DNA of 64,000 nucleotides from Octopus vulgaris (lineage: Eukaryota), in contig OX597814.1 in the NCBI GenBank assembly GCA_951406725.2, positions 620,001 through 684,000 on the forward strand, in the 5' to 3' direction. The position numbers were made by a program, and so were the translations under genes. A model generated the notes under the pieces. That model was not told the DNA's origin and made no database searches. It saw only the letters and a program-made list of their open reading frames with translations. Numbering within the stretch: position 1 is the first letter of the stretch; each line of letters starts with the position of its first letter. This document shows positions 37,036 through 50,929 of the stretch, piece after piece.

Positions 37036-37695
37036 TAACAGTAATATAGTACATGCATTCCAGTTAAAGGATGTGGGGTGGCGATGGTGGTGTTTGTGGC
37101 ACTGGGGTGGTAGGATGCATGGTAGGGGGTTGGGTGTCACACACACACACACACACAAGTAAATATGTATTCTATATTCTAAAAAAATTTACTAACACAC
37201 ACAAACACATGCATTATCAAATTATCATGTCCCTAATCTATACCCCTGCTCCCCCCCCCACTGCCCCATAGGAGAACGATGGAGCAATGAATACCTCTAG
37301 TCTACATCCACCCCTTCCGCCAACCCCCCCATACATATCATCATCACCAGTAACACTTATAACAGTAGTAGTAGTAGCAGCAGCAGCAGCAGCAGCAAAC
37401 TTCTCCCCCCTTCCCCACCTCCCCGCCATTGCACCTTGACTGACTCAAAGCAACAAACTTCCGGCCCTACACTCTCAAGGAAGTTTAACATACCACAAAT
37501 ATTTCTCCAGATACACACACACATGCTTGTGTGTGTGTGTATGTATATATATATATATATCATCATCATCATCATCATCATCATCATCGTTTAACGTCCG
37601 CTTTCCATGCTAGCATGGGTTGGATAACTGGGGTCTGGGAAGCCGAAGGCTGCACCAGGCCAGTCAGATGTGGCAGTGTTTCTACAGCTGGATGC

Positions 37696-37821
<126 letters not shown>

Positions 37822-37859
37822 TGATGATGATATATTGTGTGTGTGTGTGTGTGTGTGTA

Positions 37860-38113
37860 TTATTTATTTATCTATTTATTTTCTAGTTTCAGCGAAAGAA
37901 CTGTGGCCATGCTGGGGCACAGCCGTTAACTTTGCGATTCTTTCACTGCTTGAAAACTCTAATGTGTGGCATCTGGTGAATGGGGGAGTCTGGTGTTCTT
38001 GCCTTCATCGGCATTTCCCACCAGGAGATAGGTTCATCCAGAACTCTAGACAAGAGGAAGTCCACCCCATGTAGGTCCTTCAGGATTTTAGGGATGATAT
38101 TGAACAACTGTGC
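37860..38113 (-). pseudogene. CR1/L2-group LINE 3' end
   Basis: [28 protein letters not shown]...[16 protein letters not shown], then gtgccccagcatggccacag...gctgaaactagaaaataaata. Confidence 0.75.
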
Positions 38114-38169
38114 ATATTTATATATACATACATTATATATATGTGTGTGTGGCAGTGTATATATATATT

Positions 38170-38541
38170 CTTTTATGCTTTTGCTTGTTTCAATCATTTG
38201 ACTGCAGCCATGCTGGAGCACTGCGTTTAGTCGAGCAAATCGACCCCCAGGACTTATTCTTTGGAAGCCTAGTACTTATTCTATCGATCTGTTTTGCCGA
38301 ACCACTAATTTACGGGGACATATACACACCAACATTGGTTGTCAAGTGATGTTGGGGGGACAAACACACACGCATACGACAGGCTTCTTTCAGTTTCCGT
38401 CTACCAAATCCACTCACAAGGCTTTGGTCAGCCCGAGGCTATAGTAGAAGACACTTGCCCAAGGTGCCACGCAGTAGGACTGAACCCAGAACCATGTGGT
38501 TGATAAGCAAGCTACTTACCACACAACCACTCCTGTGCCTA
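38170..38541 (-). mobile_element. Family A SINE
   Basis: Full reverse-complement copy. Confidence 0.88.
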
Positions 38542-39018
38542 TATGCATACATGTGTTTGTTGCTATATACGTATGAGCCTTTACGAGTGTGTAATTATCT
38601 TTGTGAGTGTATGTAGTCAAGTGCAGTCTACCCTACTTGAAGTGATGACCTAAACATAAATTTTAATTAACTGGAATCCAGCGCACAATGGCAGTCATTT
38701 GTATTAAAGCAAATTCACTTGGTTTGCCGAGTCTTCTCACGCACTGCATCAAATCAAATCAAATTCGTAAATTCCATGACTGGCACCTGTGTCACTGGAG
38801 CGCTAAGAGCACCATCCAAGCATGATTGCTGCCAGAGCAGCTGATTGGCTTACCGTCCGCTTTCCATGCTAGCATGGGTTGGACGATTCGACTGAGGACT
38901 GGCGAACCAGATGGCTGCACCAGGCTCCCATCTGATCTGGCAATGCTTCTACAGCTGGATGCCCTTCCTAACACCAACCAATTTACAGGGTGTACTGGGT
39001 GCTTTTTCAGGTGCACAT

Positions 39019-39054
<36 letters not shown>

Positions 39055-39160
39055 ATCCTCATGTTCTTTTTCTACCCTTGCTCGACAACCAGTGTTTGTT
39101 TGTTTACATCTTAATAGTTCATCAAAAAAGAACTTAAAATACGTTTTGGGATCAATTTCT

Positions 39161-39300
39161 TTCAAGAGAGACTCTTCGAGAGAGACTCTTCGAGAGAGAC
39201 TCTTCGAGAGAGACTCTTCGAGAGAGACTCTTCGAGAGAGACTCTTCGAGAGAGACTCTTCGAGAGAGACTCTTCAGAAGATACTATTCAAGAGAGACTC
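39161..39300. repeat. 14-bp minisatellite (agagactcttcgag)n, ~9 units
   Basis: Perfect central units, embedded in a degenerate family A 3' region. Confidence 0.93.
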
Positions 39301-39341
39301 CAGCAATGTCATGGTCCAATGACAAAAATAAGTAAAACAAA

Positions 39342-39745
39342 GGCGCAGGAGTGGCTGTGTTGTAAGTAGCTTGGTTCTGGGTTCATTCCCACTGCCTGGC
39401 ACCTTGGGCAAGTGTCTTCTACTATAGTGTCGGGCCAACCAAAGCCTTGTGAGTGGATTTGGTAGACGGAAACTGAAAGAAGCCCGTCATATGTATATAT
39501 ATATATATATATGTACGTGTGTGTGTGTGTGTATATGTGTATGTGTGTCTGTTTGTCCCCCCCCCAACATAGCTTGACAACCAATAGTGGTGTGTTTACG
39601 TCCCCATAACTTAGCAGTTCGACAAAAGAGTCTGATAGAATAAGTACTAGGCTTCCAAAGAATAAGTCCTGGGGTCGATTTGCTCGACAAAAAGGCAGTG
39701 TTCCAGCATGGCCACAGCCACATGACTGAAACAAGTAAAAGAAAA
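39342..39745 (+). mobile_element. Family A SINE
   Basis: Head, central microsatellite and tail. Confidence 0.88.
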
Positions 39746-39857
39746 GGGGAAAATATATATTTCTTCACCACTGCAAAGTCTAAAATGTTGGAAACCATCA
39801 TAATTTTATAGACCTCTTTTATATCAAAGCCCCTGACACCATCCATGGTTCTATGAC

Positions 39858-40094
39858 CAGGGCTGTGGAGTCAAAACAAAAAACTTTGACTCCGACTCTG
39901 ACTCTACTATTGGCACCTCTGACTCCTCTTTATGTAATTAAGTGATTGTGGTCTTCATATCTCATGAAGCAAATGCATATGCTTGTACTCTGAGTAGGCC
40001 TTTATCTTATAACTGGTTTATATTAAAGAATAAAGACATTGGGAGTCGGAGTCGGTAGAGTTTTACCGATTCTGACTCCAACTCCATAGCTCTG
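39858..40094. mobile_element. hAT-type MITE (sister of 23799-24064)
   Basis: cagggctgtggagt / actccatagctctg TIR. 8-bp TSD tctatgac/tctttgac. Confidence 0.82.
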
Positions 40095-40130
40095 TCTTTG
40101 ACACAGACTTTTTTTTAGTTTTCAAAATGA

Positions 40131-40358
40131 TTAACCCTTTGGTGTTTGCATTATTCTGCCAAAACTAATGCTTTTTTATCCACATTGTTTTGAACTAATC
40201 ATGCATTATCTTGTAGTTATGAGATTTTGATGAGGTAGCTGTTAATTTTTAAAATAATATTGTTATTTTGGTGTGAGAGACCAGATCTGGCCAGTTTGAA
40301 CATAAAACAGGCAGAATACTTTTGGCCAGATATAGCCGGTCTAAATGCTAAAGGATTA
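40131..40358 (+). mobile_element. Second TTAA-flanked MITE family
   Basis: TTAAccctttggtgttt...aaatgctaaaggaTTAA. Sister at 58866-59095, partial copies at 2628-2785 and 55560-55666. Confidence 0.8.
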
Positions 40359-41628
40359 AAGAAAACCTTCCATCAGAATTTCGCTTTAGCTTAGGTTCCA
40401 AACACCAGCTTAATGGTAATAGTTATTTTACTCAATTTTTCGTCATTATTTTGAAAATCAATTGAAATAAAACGCAGTGGGTTTCAGCAGGAATTTGGTA
40501 ACAAAGGGGTTAAAGTGATCAGAATTTAAACTTCCATCAAGATTTCCTCTTAATTTATGATCCAAACACCAGCTTAATTATGAGGAAGTATTTTATTAAA
40601 TTCTTCAGGGGATGTAAACACACTAACACCGGTTGTCAAACGGTGGTAGGGGACGTGTGCACACACACACAACAAGCTTTTTTCAGTTTCTGTTTACCAA
40701 ATCCACTCACAAGGCTTAGGTTGACCTGAGGCTGTTGTAGAAGACACTTAGAAAATACTTGCGCAAGATGCCACACAGTGGGACTGAACCCAGAGCCATG
40801 TGGTAAGGAAGTAAATTTCTTATCACGCCACCTGACTGGTGTCCCATGTCGGTGATACGTAAAAGTACCAACCGATCGTGGCTGTTTGCCAGCCTCATCT
40901 GGCTCCTGAGCAGGTGGCACCCACTACACTCACGGAGTGGTTGGCATTAGCAAGGGCATCCAGCTGTAGAAACATTGCCAGATCAGATTGGAGCCTGGTG
41001 TGGTGGCCTCTTGGCTTCCCAGACCCCGGTCGAACCAGCCAACCCATACTAGCATGGAAAACGGACGTTAAACGATGATGATGATGATGATGATGATGAT
41101 TTTAAATATCAACTGAAATAAAAGCAATGCATTTCAACAGAAATATGGCAACAAAAAGGTTGAACGTGGGGATTTGTCGACCCTTGCCCTCCTGCTTTTT
41201 CAACCCTTTCACAGCCTCCTCCCTTTTGTGAGAACTGCCATCTTAGAATCGCTGAGGAGGACTAACAAAACCAAAACACGACAAGAGTTGTCACATACTA
41301 ATTATCAAAGAAAAGACCCATTCTCTACTGCTTTTAATAAATTCTGATTTCAGGGTTCTCTTCCTTCTATTATTCAACAAGAATTATCGTTAACTCTTAT
41401 GCTTTAGTTTTTAATTAAGATATAAACTTTTATTGATTAGATTATATCTTTTTCTTTCTCTATCTTTTCTTAATTTTTTGATGCTAAGAAGCTTACTTCC
41501 CAACCACATGGTTCCCGGTTCAGTCCCATTGCATGGCACTTTGGACAAGTGTCAAATGTTGTCTACTATAGCCTTGGGCTGACCAAACCCTTGTGAGTGG
41601 ATTTGGTAGATGGAAACTGAAAGAAACC

Positions 41629-41708
<80 letters not shown>

Positions 41709-42271
41709 GTGTGTGTGTGTGTGTGAGTTTGTGTCTTTGCATCTGCATTAATCCTCCACCACCACCACCACCACCTGACAACTAGCGTTGGTGTGTTTAT
41801 GAAACTATGACTTAGAGATTTGGCAAAAAGAGACCAATGAAAAATGTATCAGGCTTAACAAAAACAAATAACTGCTGAGGCCCAATTATTCAACTAAAAA
41901 TTCTTCAAGGTGGCCCCCAACAGGGTCTCAGTCTAATGACATAAACAAGTAGAAGACAAATGATAATAGCACTTAACTGTATACTTTTCATGCAGAAGGC
42001 ATCCATGGAAAAGTTTCCCATTTCATTAACAGAAACAGTGTTGCTCTGTGAAAACAATTCACTCATTAAGTAAATTAAAATATTTGGTGTTTGGAAATTT
42101 CCCAGAGTTGCCTTCTGCATGAAGATTTACACACACAGAGCAAGATTACATGTTCTAAGATGATATTAAAAATTCAACAATAAACGTTTATAAATAAGAC
42201 GGAATTGTGTGTATGTTGTGTACTTAAACACACAGCGTGGGATATGAGAAAAATTTGACAAATCACATCAG

Positions 42272-42318
42272 TATGTGTGTGTGTGTGTGTGTAGGTATAT
42301 ATATATGTACACACACAC

Positions 42319-42357
<39 letters not shown>

Positions 42358-42577
42358 GACACACACACACACACATATATATGCATATATATATATATAT
42401 GTATGTATGTATATATATATATATATATATGTGTGTGTATATATATGTGTATAGATATATATATGTGTGTGTGTGTATACATATGTGTGTGTGTGTGTAT
42501 ACATATATGTGTGTGTGTATATATATGTGTGTATATAAATATATGTGTATATATATATATATGTATATATATATATG

Positions 42578-42648
<71 letters not shown>

Positions 42649-42740
42649 ATATATATATATATAGATATGTTAAAGGATGATGTACACACACACACACATA
42701 CATATATCCATATACATAATTTGTGCACACATATGCATAC
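42272..42740. repeat. Compound (TA)n/(TG)n tract
   Basis: Low-complexity alternating purine-pyrimidine sequence. Confidence 0.95.
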
Positions 42741-43616
42741 GTAGGGAAATTTTCACATCCTCTAATTAGCGTAATTCAACAAACATTACGAAGCACTGGC
42801 TTTATTTCATTTTGTTCATGATGATGACGATGATGACGACGATGATGATGATAATGGAGGTGGTGGCAGTGATGGCGGTGGTGGCAGTGATGGCGGTGTT
42901 GTGTGTAGGTAGTATTGCTTCTGATGATGATGATGATGATTGTCATCTAAGGTCAGCACAGACCAAACAGGTATTGTTGTTAGTTTAGTCCTGATTAAAG
43001 ACACCACTGATCAAAGGCATTCCAACCAGGACCTCTCTGCCTTCGTTTAAACAATAACATAGGCTTTGGATGTGTGGTAAGAAACTTGCTTCCCAACCGC
43101 ATGGCTCTGGGCTCAGTCCCATGGTGTGAAATCTTGGGCAGGTGTCTTTTACTACAGCCTTGGGCCAAACAAAGCCTTGCGAGTGGATTTGGTCGACGGA
43201 AACTGAAAGAAGCCCCAGGAATGGTTGTGTGGTAAGTAGCTTGCTTACCAACCACATGGCTCTGGGTTCAGTCCCACTGCATAGCACCTTGGGCAAGTGT
43301 CTTCTACTATACCCTCAGATCAACCAAAGCCTTGTGAGTGGATTTGGTAGACGGAAACTGAAAGATGCCCATTGTGTGTGTGTGTGTGGCGATTATGTGA
43401 TAATTGTAAACAAGTTTCACTGTCATGCAAGTGGTGTCCTTTGCTTCCAGACTTCCTTGAAAGATGAGTCTGGCCATGGTGGAAATAATATTACCACCTT
43501 GCCTGGAAACAGGAGAGGGTTGGCAACAGGAAGGGCACCTGGCTGTAGAAAAGCTGCCTCAGCAAATTCCACCTGACTCATACAAGCATTGAGAAATGCA
43601 CATTAAGACAAAGATG

Positions 43617-43851
43617 AAGGCGGCGAGCTGGCAGAAACGTTAGAACGCCGAGCAAAATGCTTAGCTGTATTTCGTCTGCCGTTACGTTCTGAGTTCAAAT
43701 TTCGTCGAGGTCGACTTTGCCTTTCATCCTTTTGGGGTCAATAAATTAAGTACCAGTTACGCACTGGGGTCGATATAATCAACTTAATCCGTTTGTCTGT
43801 CCTTGTTTGTTCCCTCTATGTTTGGCCCCTTGTGGGTAGTAAGGAAATAAG
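43617..43851 (+). mobile_element. Family C SINE
   Basis: Full copy with flanking duplication agacaaagatgaa/agacgaagatgaa. Confidence 0.88.
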
Positions 43852-43995
43852 ACGAAGATGAAAATGATGATAAGCCATACTTTCACCTAGTTTAAGAACC
43901 ATCACACCAGACATAACCCAGGTGTACCAAACCATCATCTTATAAAGACCCATTGCTCCAAGTATACCTCTACCCTGCGGTTTTACTGTGTACAG

Positions 43996-44829
43996 CAGTG
44001 GTCCTCAAACGTTTTTTGCCAATGGATCCTTTTGATTCTCTTTCACTTGGGTGGACCCTCAGAGTCAGTCAATGTTTAAAAAAATCATCATCATCATCAC
44101 TTAACGTCTGTTTTCCATGCTAGCATGGGTTGGACTGTTCAACTGGGGTCTGGGAAGCCAAGAGGTGGCACCAGGCCCAGTCTGATCTGGCAGTGTTTCT
44201 ACAGCTGGATGCCCTTCCTAACACCAACCACTCTGTGAGTGTAGTGGGTGCTTTTTATGTGCCACCAGCCGAGGTGCCAGGGGAGGCTGGCAACGGCCAC
44301 GATCGGTTGGTGCTTTTACATGTCATCAACATGGACGGCGCGATAAGAAATTTACTTCCTTACCACATGGCTCTGGGTTCAGTCCCACTGTGTGACATCT
44401 TGGGCAAGTATTTTCTAAGTGTCTTCTACAACAGCCTCAGGTCAGCCTAAGCCCTGTGAGTGGATTTGGTAAACAGAAACTGAAAAAAGCTTTTTGTGTG
44501 TGTGTGCGTGTGGCACAGGGGCCACAATCGGTTGGTGCTTTTCACATGCCAGTCGAGGTGGCACTGGCAACGGCTATGTTCAGATGGTTCTTTTACGTAC
44601 CACTGGCACAGGTATCACAACTACAATTTCCATTGATTTTTGATTGATTTCGATTTCACTTGCTCGTGAAATCCTATCATAAATATTTCTAGGAATTGTG
44701 TTTAAAAAGCGATTTTGTCAAAATATTTTGTGTATTTAAGAAGTATAACCAGTTTGTTGCAGATAAATTTTAACACCAAAATCTTACATGAACCCCTAAG
44801 GGTCAGGTGGTCCCTGTTGAGAACCACTG
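43996..44829. mobile_element. hAT-type MITE interrupted by a B/A composite (44085-44665)
   Basis: TIR cagtggtcctcaa / ttgagaaccactg. Confidence 0.65.
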
Positions 44830-45467
44830 GTGCAGTGTATAATGTAATTCTGTGGCTATGAACCCTAAATATGTTAAAGATAAAGTCAAACTGGATAGAA
44901 CTGTTGTTGATCAACCCTGATCAAAGAACCTACGTTCAAACACAATCCAACTGTGACCATCTCATCTTTTTAGAGCTACGACTATATGTTCTAATGTGTC
45001 TTTCTCATTTTCCAAGATGGTGGTTTACAATGAGAGAGAGAGAGAGAGAGAGAGGCAGACTTAAAGAGAGAGATTTGGAATTATTTCTAGCAGAGAATTA
45101 TCTGGTGAATTATGAAGAACCAAAGAAGTAATGTGGTAGGGTTGCTATTTCCAGCAATATTAGTAAGGTTTCCGTTGTTGGTTCAAGATGCAATTTAGTC
45201 TGAAAACAATGTCTTTGAGAAAATAATCAAACTTCCATATTCTCTCTCTCAGTAATCTTTACCACTCTTCCCTCAGTACCATTTCCATAGTACTTTTCGT
45301 ACAGTATCATTCTTGTACAAAAGTGTGGTACAAAATTTGCTTTAGAGGGCGCAAACCCAGGTCCTAAATTTTTTACAATCTTCCAATAATGGAAAAGTAA
45401 CATTTCAAATCAGTCCAAAAATGTTTTTACACTCATTCATTTTTGCTATTAAGTTTTTTCAGGAGGA

Positions 45468-45897
45468 TACTCTTTTACTCTTTTACTTGTTTCAGTCATT
45501 TGACTGTGGCCATGCTGGAGCACCACCTTTAGTCGACCCCAGGACTTATTCTTTGTAAGCCTAGTACTTATTCTACTGGGCTCTTTTACCAAGCCACTAA
45601 GTTATGGGGACATAAATACAACAGCATCAGTTGTCAAGCGATGTTGTGGGGGACAAACACAGACACACACATATATATATATATATACACATATATATGA
45701 CAAGCGATGTTGGTGGGACAAACACACACAATACGACGGGCTTCTTTTAGTTTCCATCTACCAAATCCACTCACAAGGCTTTGGTCGGCCCAAGGCTATA
45801 GTAGAAGACACTTATCCAAGGTGCCACGCAGTGGGACTGAACCCAGAACCATGCAGTTCGTAAGCAAGCTACTTACCACACAGCCACTCCTACGCCT
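45468..45897 (-). mobile_element. Family A SINE with internal duplication
   Basis: caagcgatgttg...ggacaaacac is repeated around the central microsatellite. Confidence 0.85.
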
Positions 45898-46520
45898 ATA
45901 TGTTCGAATTATTTTCATTACCCCACCCGCCAAAATTTTGAGGGGTACACTTGGCTCCCCTACACCCCCATTTCCCAAGCCACCGCTCCTGCATTGTTCC
46001 TACAGTACCCTTCACCACAGTTCCCTCTCCACGGTTCCATTTCCAGAATCTTCTATATTTTCCTTTTCTGAAGAATACATTCAGCTGTAAACCGGTTTTT
46101 TTTTGTTATCCTCTTCCTCCTCCTCAAGTCTCTTCCGCAATCCAAGAATTACAAGAACTGGTTTTACCAAAACTAGAAATAATGTATCGTGTAATGTTAC
46201 CCATTCAAAGACAAATTCCTTTCCAGATTTACTTCTCCGCTTTTGTTGTCGTTCTTTTATTTTACCAATTTCTTTCTCTGAAGGAATCCAAAGAAAGAAA
46301 GAAACCCCAAAAAACACAAAAACACCCAAAACACAAAACAGCTGGGGATGGTTGAGTTAAAACCATGGAGGGAGAAATTAGGAAGTGAGTTGATGTGTTC
46401 AAATATGTAGAGTGCCAGAGAATTCACAGATGGAAGGAATGAAGGAATATGGCGGAGGGGGGGAGGGTTGGGTGGATGGAAAGGGGGTTGGGGAGTAAAA
46501 ATAACAAGCAAGTCACTGTG

Positions 46521-46613
46521 TTGGCAATTAACCCTTTAAACTGGTTCCCTTATTGACTATAATAGATGGTGTCACATGATTGTGTCACATGATGAAGGAT
46601 GATGACAGCACCT

Positions 46614-46658
<45 letters not shown>

Positions 46659-46888
46659 CCTAATGAAGACAGAAAGAACAAAATCTATGTGGTCGCATGA
46701 CATGCTAGAAATAGCAGCTATATTTACCTCAAACTACACGCAACTGTCTTTAAAAAAAAAAGACCGTGTTGGATGTGATCCCTTTGATCAGGAGTCTGCT
46801 AGATAAGGGTTGGCAACAAATTGGCAATTAACCCTTTAAACTGGTTCTCTTATTGAATATAATAGATGGTGTCACATGATGAAGGATC
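46521..46888. repeat. ~68-bp direct repeat (46521-46600, 46821-46888)
   Basis: ttggcaattaaccctttaaactggtt...gatggtgtcacatgatgaaggat occurs twice. Confidence 0.9.
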
Positions 46889-48687
46889 CACGTATCCACG
46901 TACTCACACGTCTGTAGCAACTCACACACACCCACACATGCATAAACCCACACACACACACACGTACTCACAAAACACATTCATTCACATACATACCCAT
47001 ACATACCCATACATACCCATGCATACTCTCCCACATACATCTATTTACTTAAATACACACAGAGATTAAATACTCACAAATTCACATACTCCCACACGTC
47101 TCCATATTCACTCACGTCTACACATGTATTCTCTATCCTACATGAAGATACTCAGATAAATAAATACATAATTTCACAGACACCTCAGTAGAAGGAAACT
47201 GAAAGAAGCCCATCATGTGTGTGTGTGTATCTTCATGTCTGTTTGTCCCCCACTATCACTTAACAACCATTGTTGGTGTGCTTACAGCTCCATAACTTAG
47301 CAGGTCAGCAAAAGAGACCGATAGAAGACACACCAGGCTTCAAAATCAAAGTACTGGGGTTAATTCATTCAATTAAAAACCCTCGAGGCAGTGCCCCAGC
47401 ATGGCCACAGTCTAGTGACTGAAACAAGTAAAAAAAAGCCTATATACTCTCATCGTCATTTAACATCCACATTCCATGCTGGCATGGGTTGGACGGTTCG
47501 ACTGGGGTCTGGGAAGCCAGGAGGCTGCACCAGGCTCCAGTCTGATCTGGCAGTGATTCTACAGCTGGATGCCCTTCCTAATGCCAATCACTCCAAGAGC
47601 ACAGGGGCCAGTCAGGTGATGGTACTGGTATTGACCACACTCGAATGGTGCTTTTTACATGCCACGTGCACGAGTTCCAGTCAGGCGGCACTGGCATCGG
47701 TTACGCTCGAATGCTGCTTTTTACTCTGATATAAACTAATAAAGACAATTAGCCACCTCCATAGTTTTAGCAGGAAACAAAGGTAATCAGTAGAATTGGT
47801 TGGTTAGTGATGGGCCTGTATTGGTATGAAATGGATGGAAAAAAAATAAAAGGTGGAAGTAGGGTTACAACAGAATCCCAAAACTTAGGGTTTACAACAG
47901 AGGCCCAAACTTTAGAATTGGAAATAGAGGTGGAGCAGGGATGTTCAACAGAGAAGTACTGGAAGTTTCCCCGTGGAGATTTCACTGTGGCACCTCATAA
48001 CAATCACCTCTTCCTTCCAGCTGCTCCCACCCACCTTTATATAATGCTGGCTGTGGTGGTGGTGGGGGACATGCCATCAGTTACAACGACGAGTGTTTCA
48101 TGAAATGAACAAGCACAAGTGGCTGAGTACTCCACAGACACATGTACCCTTAACATAGTTCTCAGACAGATTCAATGTAACCCAACAAATGTGATGAGGC
48201 TGGCCCCTTTGGATTACAGATACAAATCATTTTTGCCAGCTGAGTGGACTGGAGCAACATGAAATAAAGTGTCTTGCTCAAGGACACAACACACCATCAG
48301 GAATCAAACTCATGACCTTACAATCGTGAATCAAATACCCTAACCACTGAGCCAGATGCCTTCAAATAATACAGGATAACTATGTATCTTCTCACTTACA
48401 TGGGCCTGGGAACAGGGGGTGCAAGCACACCCCCTAAAATTTATGTTGGATGCAAAATAAAAATTTGCACCCCTACTTAATTTCCTCAGGTTTAGAAAAC
48501 ATTGAATAAAAAGTGATCCGTAAAAAGTACCATGAATTAGGTTTCTTCTCAGGCGCAGGAGTGGCTGTGTGGTAAGTAGCTTGCTAACCAACCACATGGT
48601 TCCAGGTTCAGTCCTAGCCTTGGGCTGACCAAAGCCTTGTGAGTGGATTTGGTAGACGGAAACTGAAAGAAGCCCATCATATATATG

Positions 48688-48729
<42 letters not shown>

Positions 48730-49468
48730 CATGTGTCTGTGCTTGTCCCTTCACCATCATTTGACAACCAATGTTGGTTTGTTTACGTCCCTGTAACTTA
48801 GTGGTTCGGCAAAAGAGATTGATAGAATAAGTACTAGGTTTACAAAGAAAAAGTCCTGGGGTCAATTTGTTCGACTAAAAGTGGACGTAAACACACCAGC
48901 ATCAGTTGTCAAGCAATGTTGGAGGGACAAACACACACACACACACAAAACATATACACATACACACACACACGTATATATATATATATATATATCATTG
49001 CTCACACGTGACCATCATCCATCTTTCTTTTCCTGCACAGACATTCGAAGGACTGGATGTTTTTCTTTCTCTCTCTTCTATATTTTCTCTTTTCAAAGAA
49101 AATATTTCTCCCAGCATTCACAATTTTCCTCTCATTCCGGTCTAAACCTGCCCCCCTCCCCATGTTTGTTCCCATTCAGTTTTCTTGCATGTCTCAACTG
49201 TCCAGTTTTTGTTCCCAACTTTGACCCTCCATAAACCCTAAATTTTATTTTAGAATTTATGGGAGCAACTGTCTTTGAAGACTCATATTATCATTGAATG
49301 CCCCAGATGAGGAGTAGAAAGACAGCTGACAACTGATGAAGGGTCCTCTCCCTCTGTTTATTTCTCCTGTTTTCCATTTTTTTTCTTTCTCTCGTTTGTG
49401 TATTTAACTCATTTGTTTTTGTATTTCATGTTGTTTACACAGTTGGTCCATACTGTACCCATATATGC

Positions 49469-49507
<39 letters not shown>

Positions 49508-49510
<3 letters not shown>

Positions 49511-49728
49511 TCTTTTACTTTTTTCAGTCATCTGATTGCGGCCATGCTGGAGCACCGCCTTTAGTCGAGCAAATCGACCCTGGGACTTATTCTTTGTAAG
49601 CCCAGTACTTATTCTATCGGTTCCTTTTGCCAAAGCGTTAAATGATGGGAGCATAAACACACCAGCATCGGTTGTCAAGCAATGCTAGGGAGAGAAACAC
49701 AGACACACAAACATACACACACACACAT

Positions 49729-49777
<49 letters not shown>

Positions 49778-49945
49778 TACAATGGGCTTCTATCAGTTTC
49801 CGTCTACCAAATCCACTCACAAGGCTTTGGTTGGCCTGAGGCTTTAGTAGAAGACACTCACCCAAGGTGCCAGGCAGTGAGACTGAACCTGGAGCCATGT
49901 GGTTGGTAAGCAAGCTACTGACCACACAGCCATTCCTGAGCCTAT
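49508..49945 (-). mobile_element. Family A SINE
   Basis: Full reverse-complement copy. Confidence 0.88.
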
Positions 49946-50217
49946 GTATGTTTGTATTAATAAAAACTTGTAACCAGTTTGAATATGCTTGTAACAAAGT
50001 CATTCACTGAATTTTGTCAAGGAGAAAATTTCCAATAGATATAAACAGATTGAGTCAGTTCACAGCATTCCCAAAGCAGACCGTGGAGGGTGGGGGACTG
50101 GGAACTGGCTCAGCAAGAAATTTTCTTTACAGCAAAATTCAATGAATGGCCTTTATATGGATTCAAATGTGTCTCAAGCATATTTGAACTATTAACAAGT
50201 TTGTATTTATAGACATC

Positions 50218-50251
<34 letters not shown>

Positions 50252-50252
<1 letters not shown>

Positions 50253-50590
50253 ACAGGGGTTGGACAAAATAATGGAAACACATCATAGCTTCATAATTTT
50301 GAAATATCTATAAAACCATCAAAAGCTTGTTTATTTTTCTGTCTTTTGATTTATTATTAGTGTTGCTTAATATGTTTTGCTAAAATTGCTGTTTCTTTTC
50401 AGATATCATAAGAAAAAAGTAATTAAAATTCATTAAAATGAAAGATCTATTGGGCTTTCAAAGAGGTCAAATTGTTGGTGCTCGTATGGCAGGTGCTAGC
50501 ATAACGAAAACAGTCGAAATGTTTGGTATATCAAGAAGTACTGTCTTGAAAATAATGACTGCTTTTGAGAAAGAGGGAAAAACCTCCTCC
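50252..50590 (+). pseudogene. Tc1-like transposon left end and transposase N-terminal HTH
   Basis: TA-caggggttggacaaaataatggaaaca end. MKDLLGFQRGQIVGARMAGASITKTVEMFGISRSTVLKIMTAFEKEGKT, truncated by a family B insertion (50598-50860). Confidence 0.85.
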
Positions 50591-50929
50591 TCCTCCTCAT
50601 CATCATCATCATCGTTTAACATCTGCCTTCCATGCTGGCATGGGTTGGATGGTCTGACTGAGGGCTGGCAAACCAGTAGGCCACACCAGCTTCCAATCTG
50701 ACCTGGCAAAGTTTCTACAGCTTGGTGCCCTTCCTAACGCCAACCACTCTGAGAGTGTAGTGGGTGCTTTTTACGTGCCACCAGCACGAGGGCCAGTCAG
50801 GTGGTACTGGCATCGACCACACTCAAATGGTGCTTTTTATGTGCCACCAACACAGGAACCAGATTTTTACTGTAGCATTGTTTGCAACCAGCAACTGTTA
50901 CAAAATATATATATATGTGTGTATGTGTG

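Noticed and set aside
36789-37049. Thr-rich mucin-like ORF
   Set aside because: Trinucleotide repeat translation without a credible start or signal peptide.
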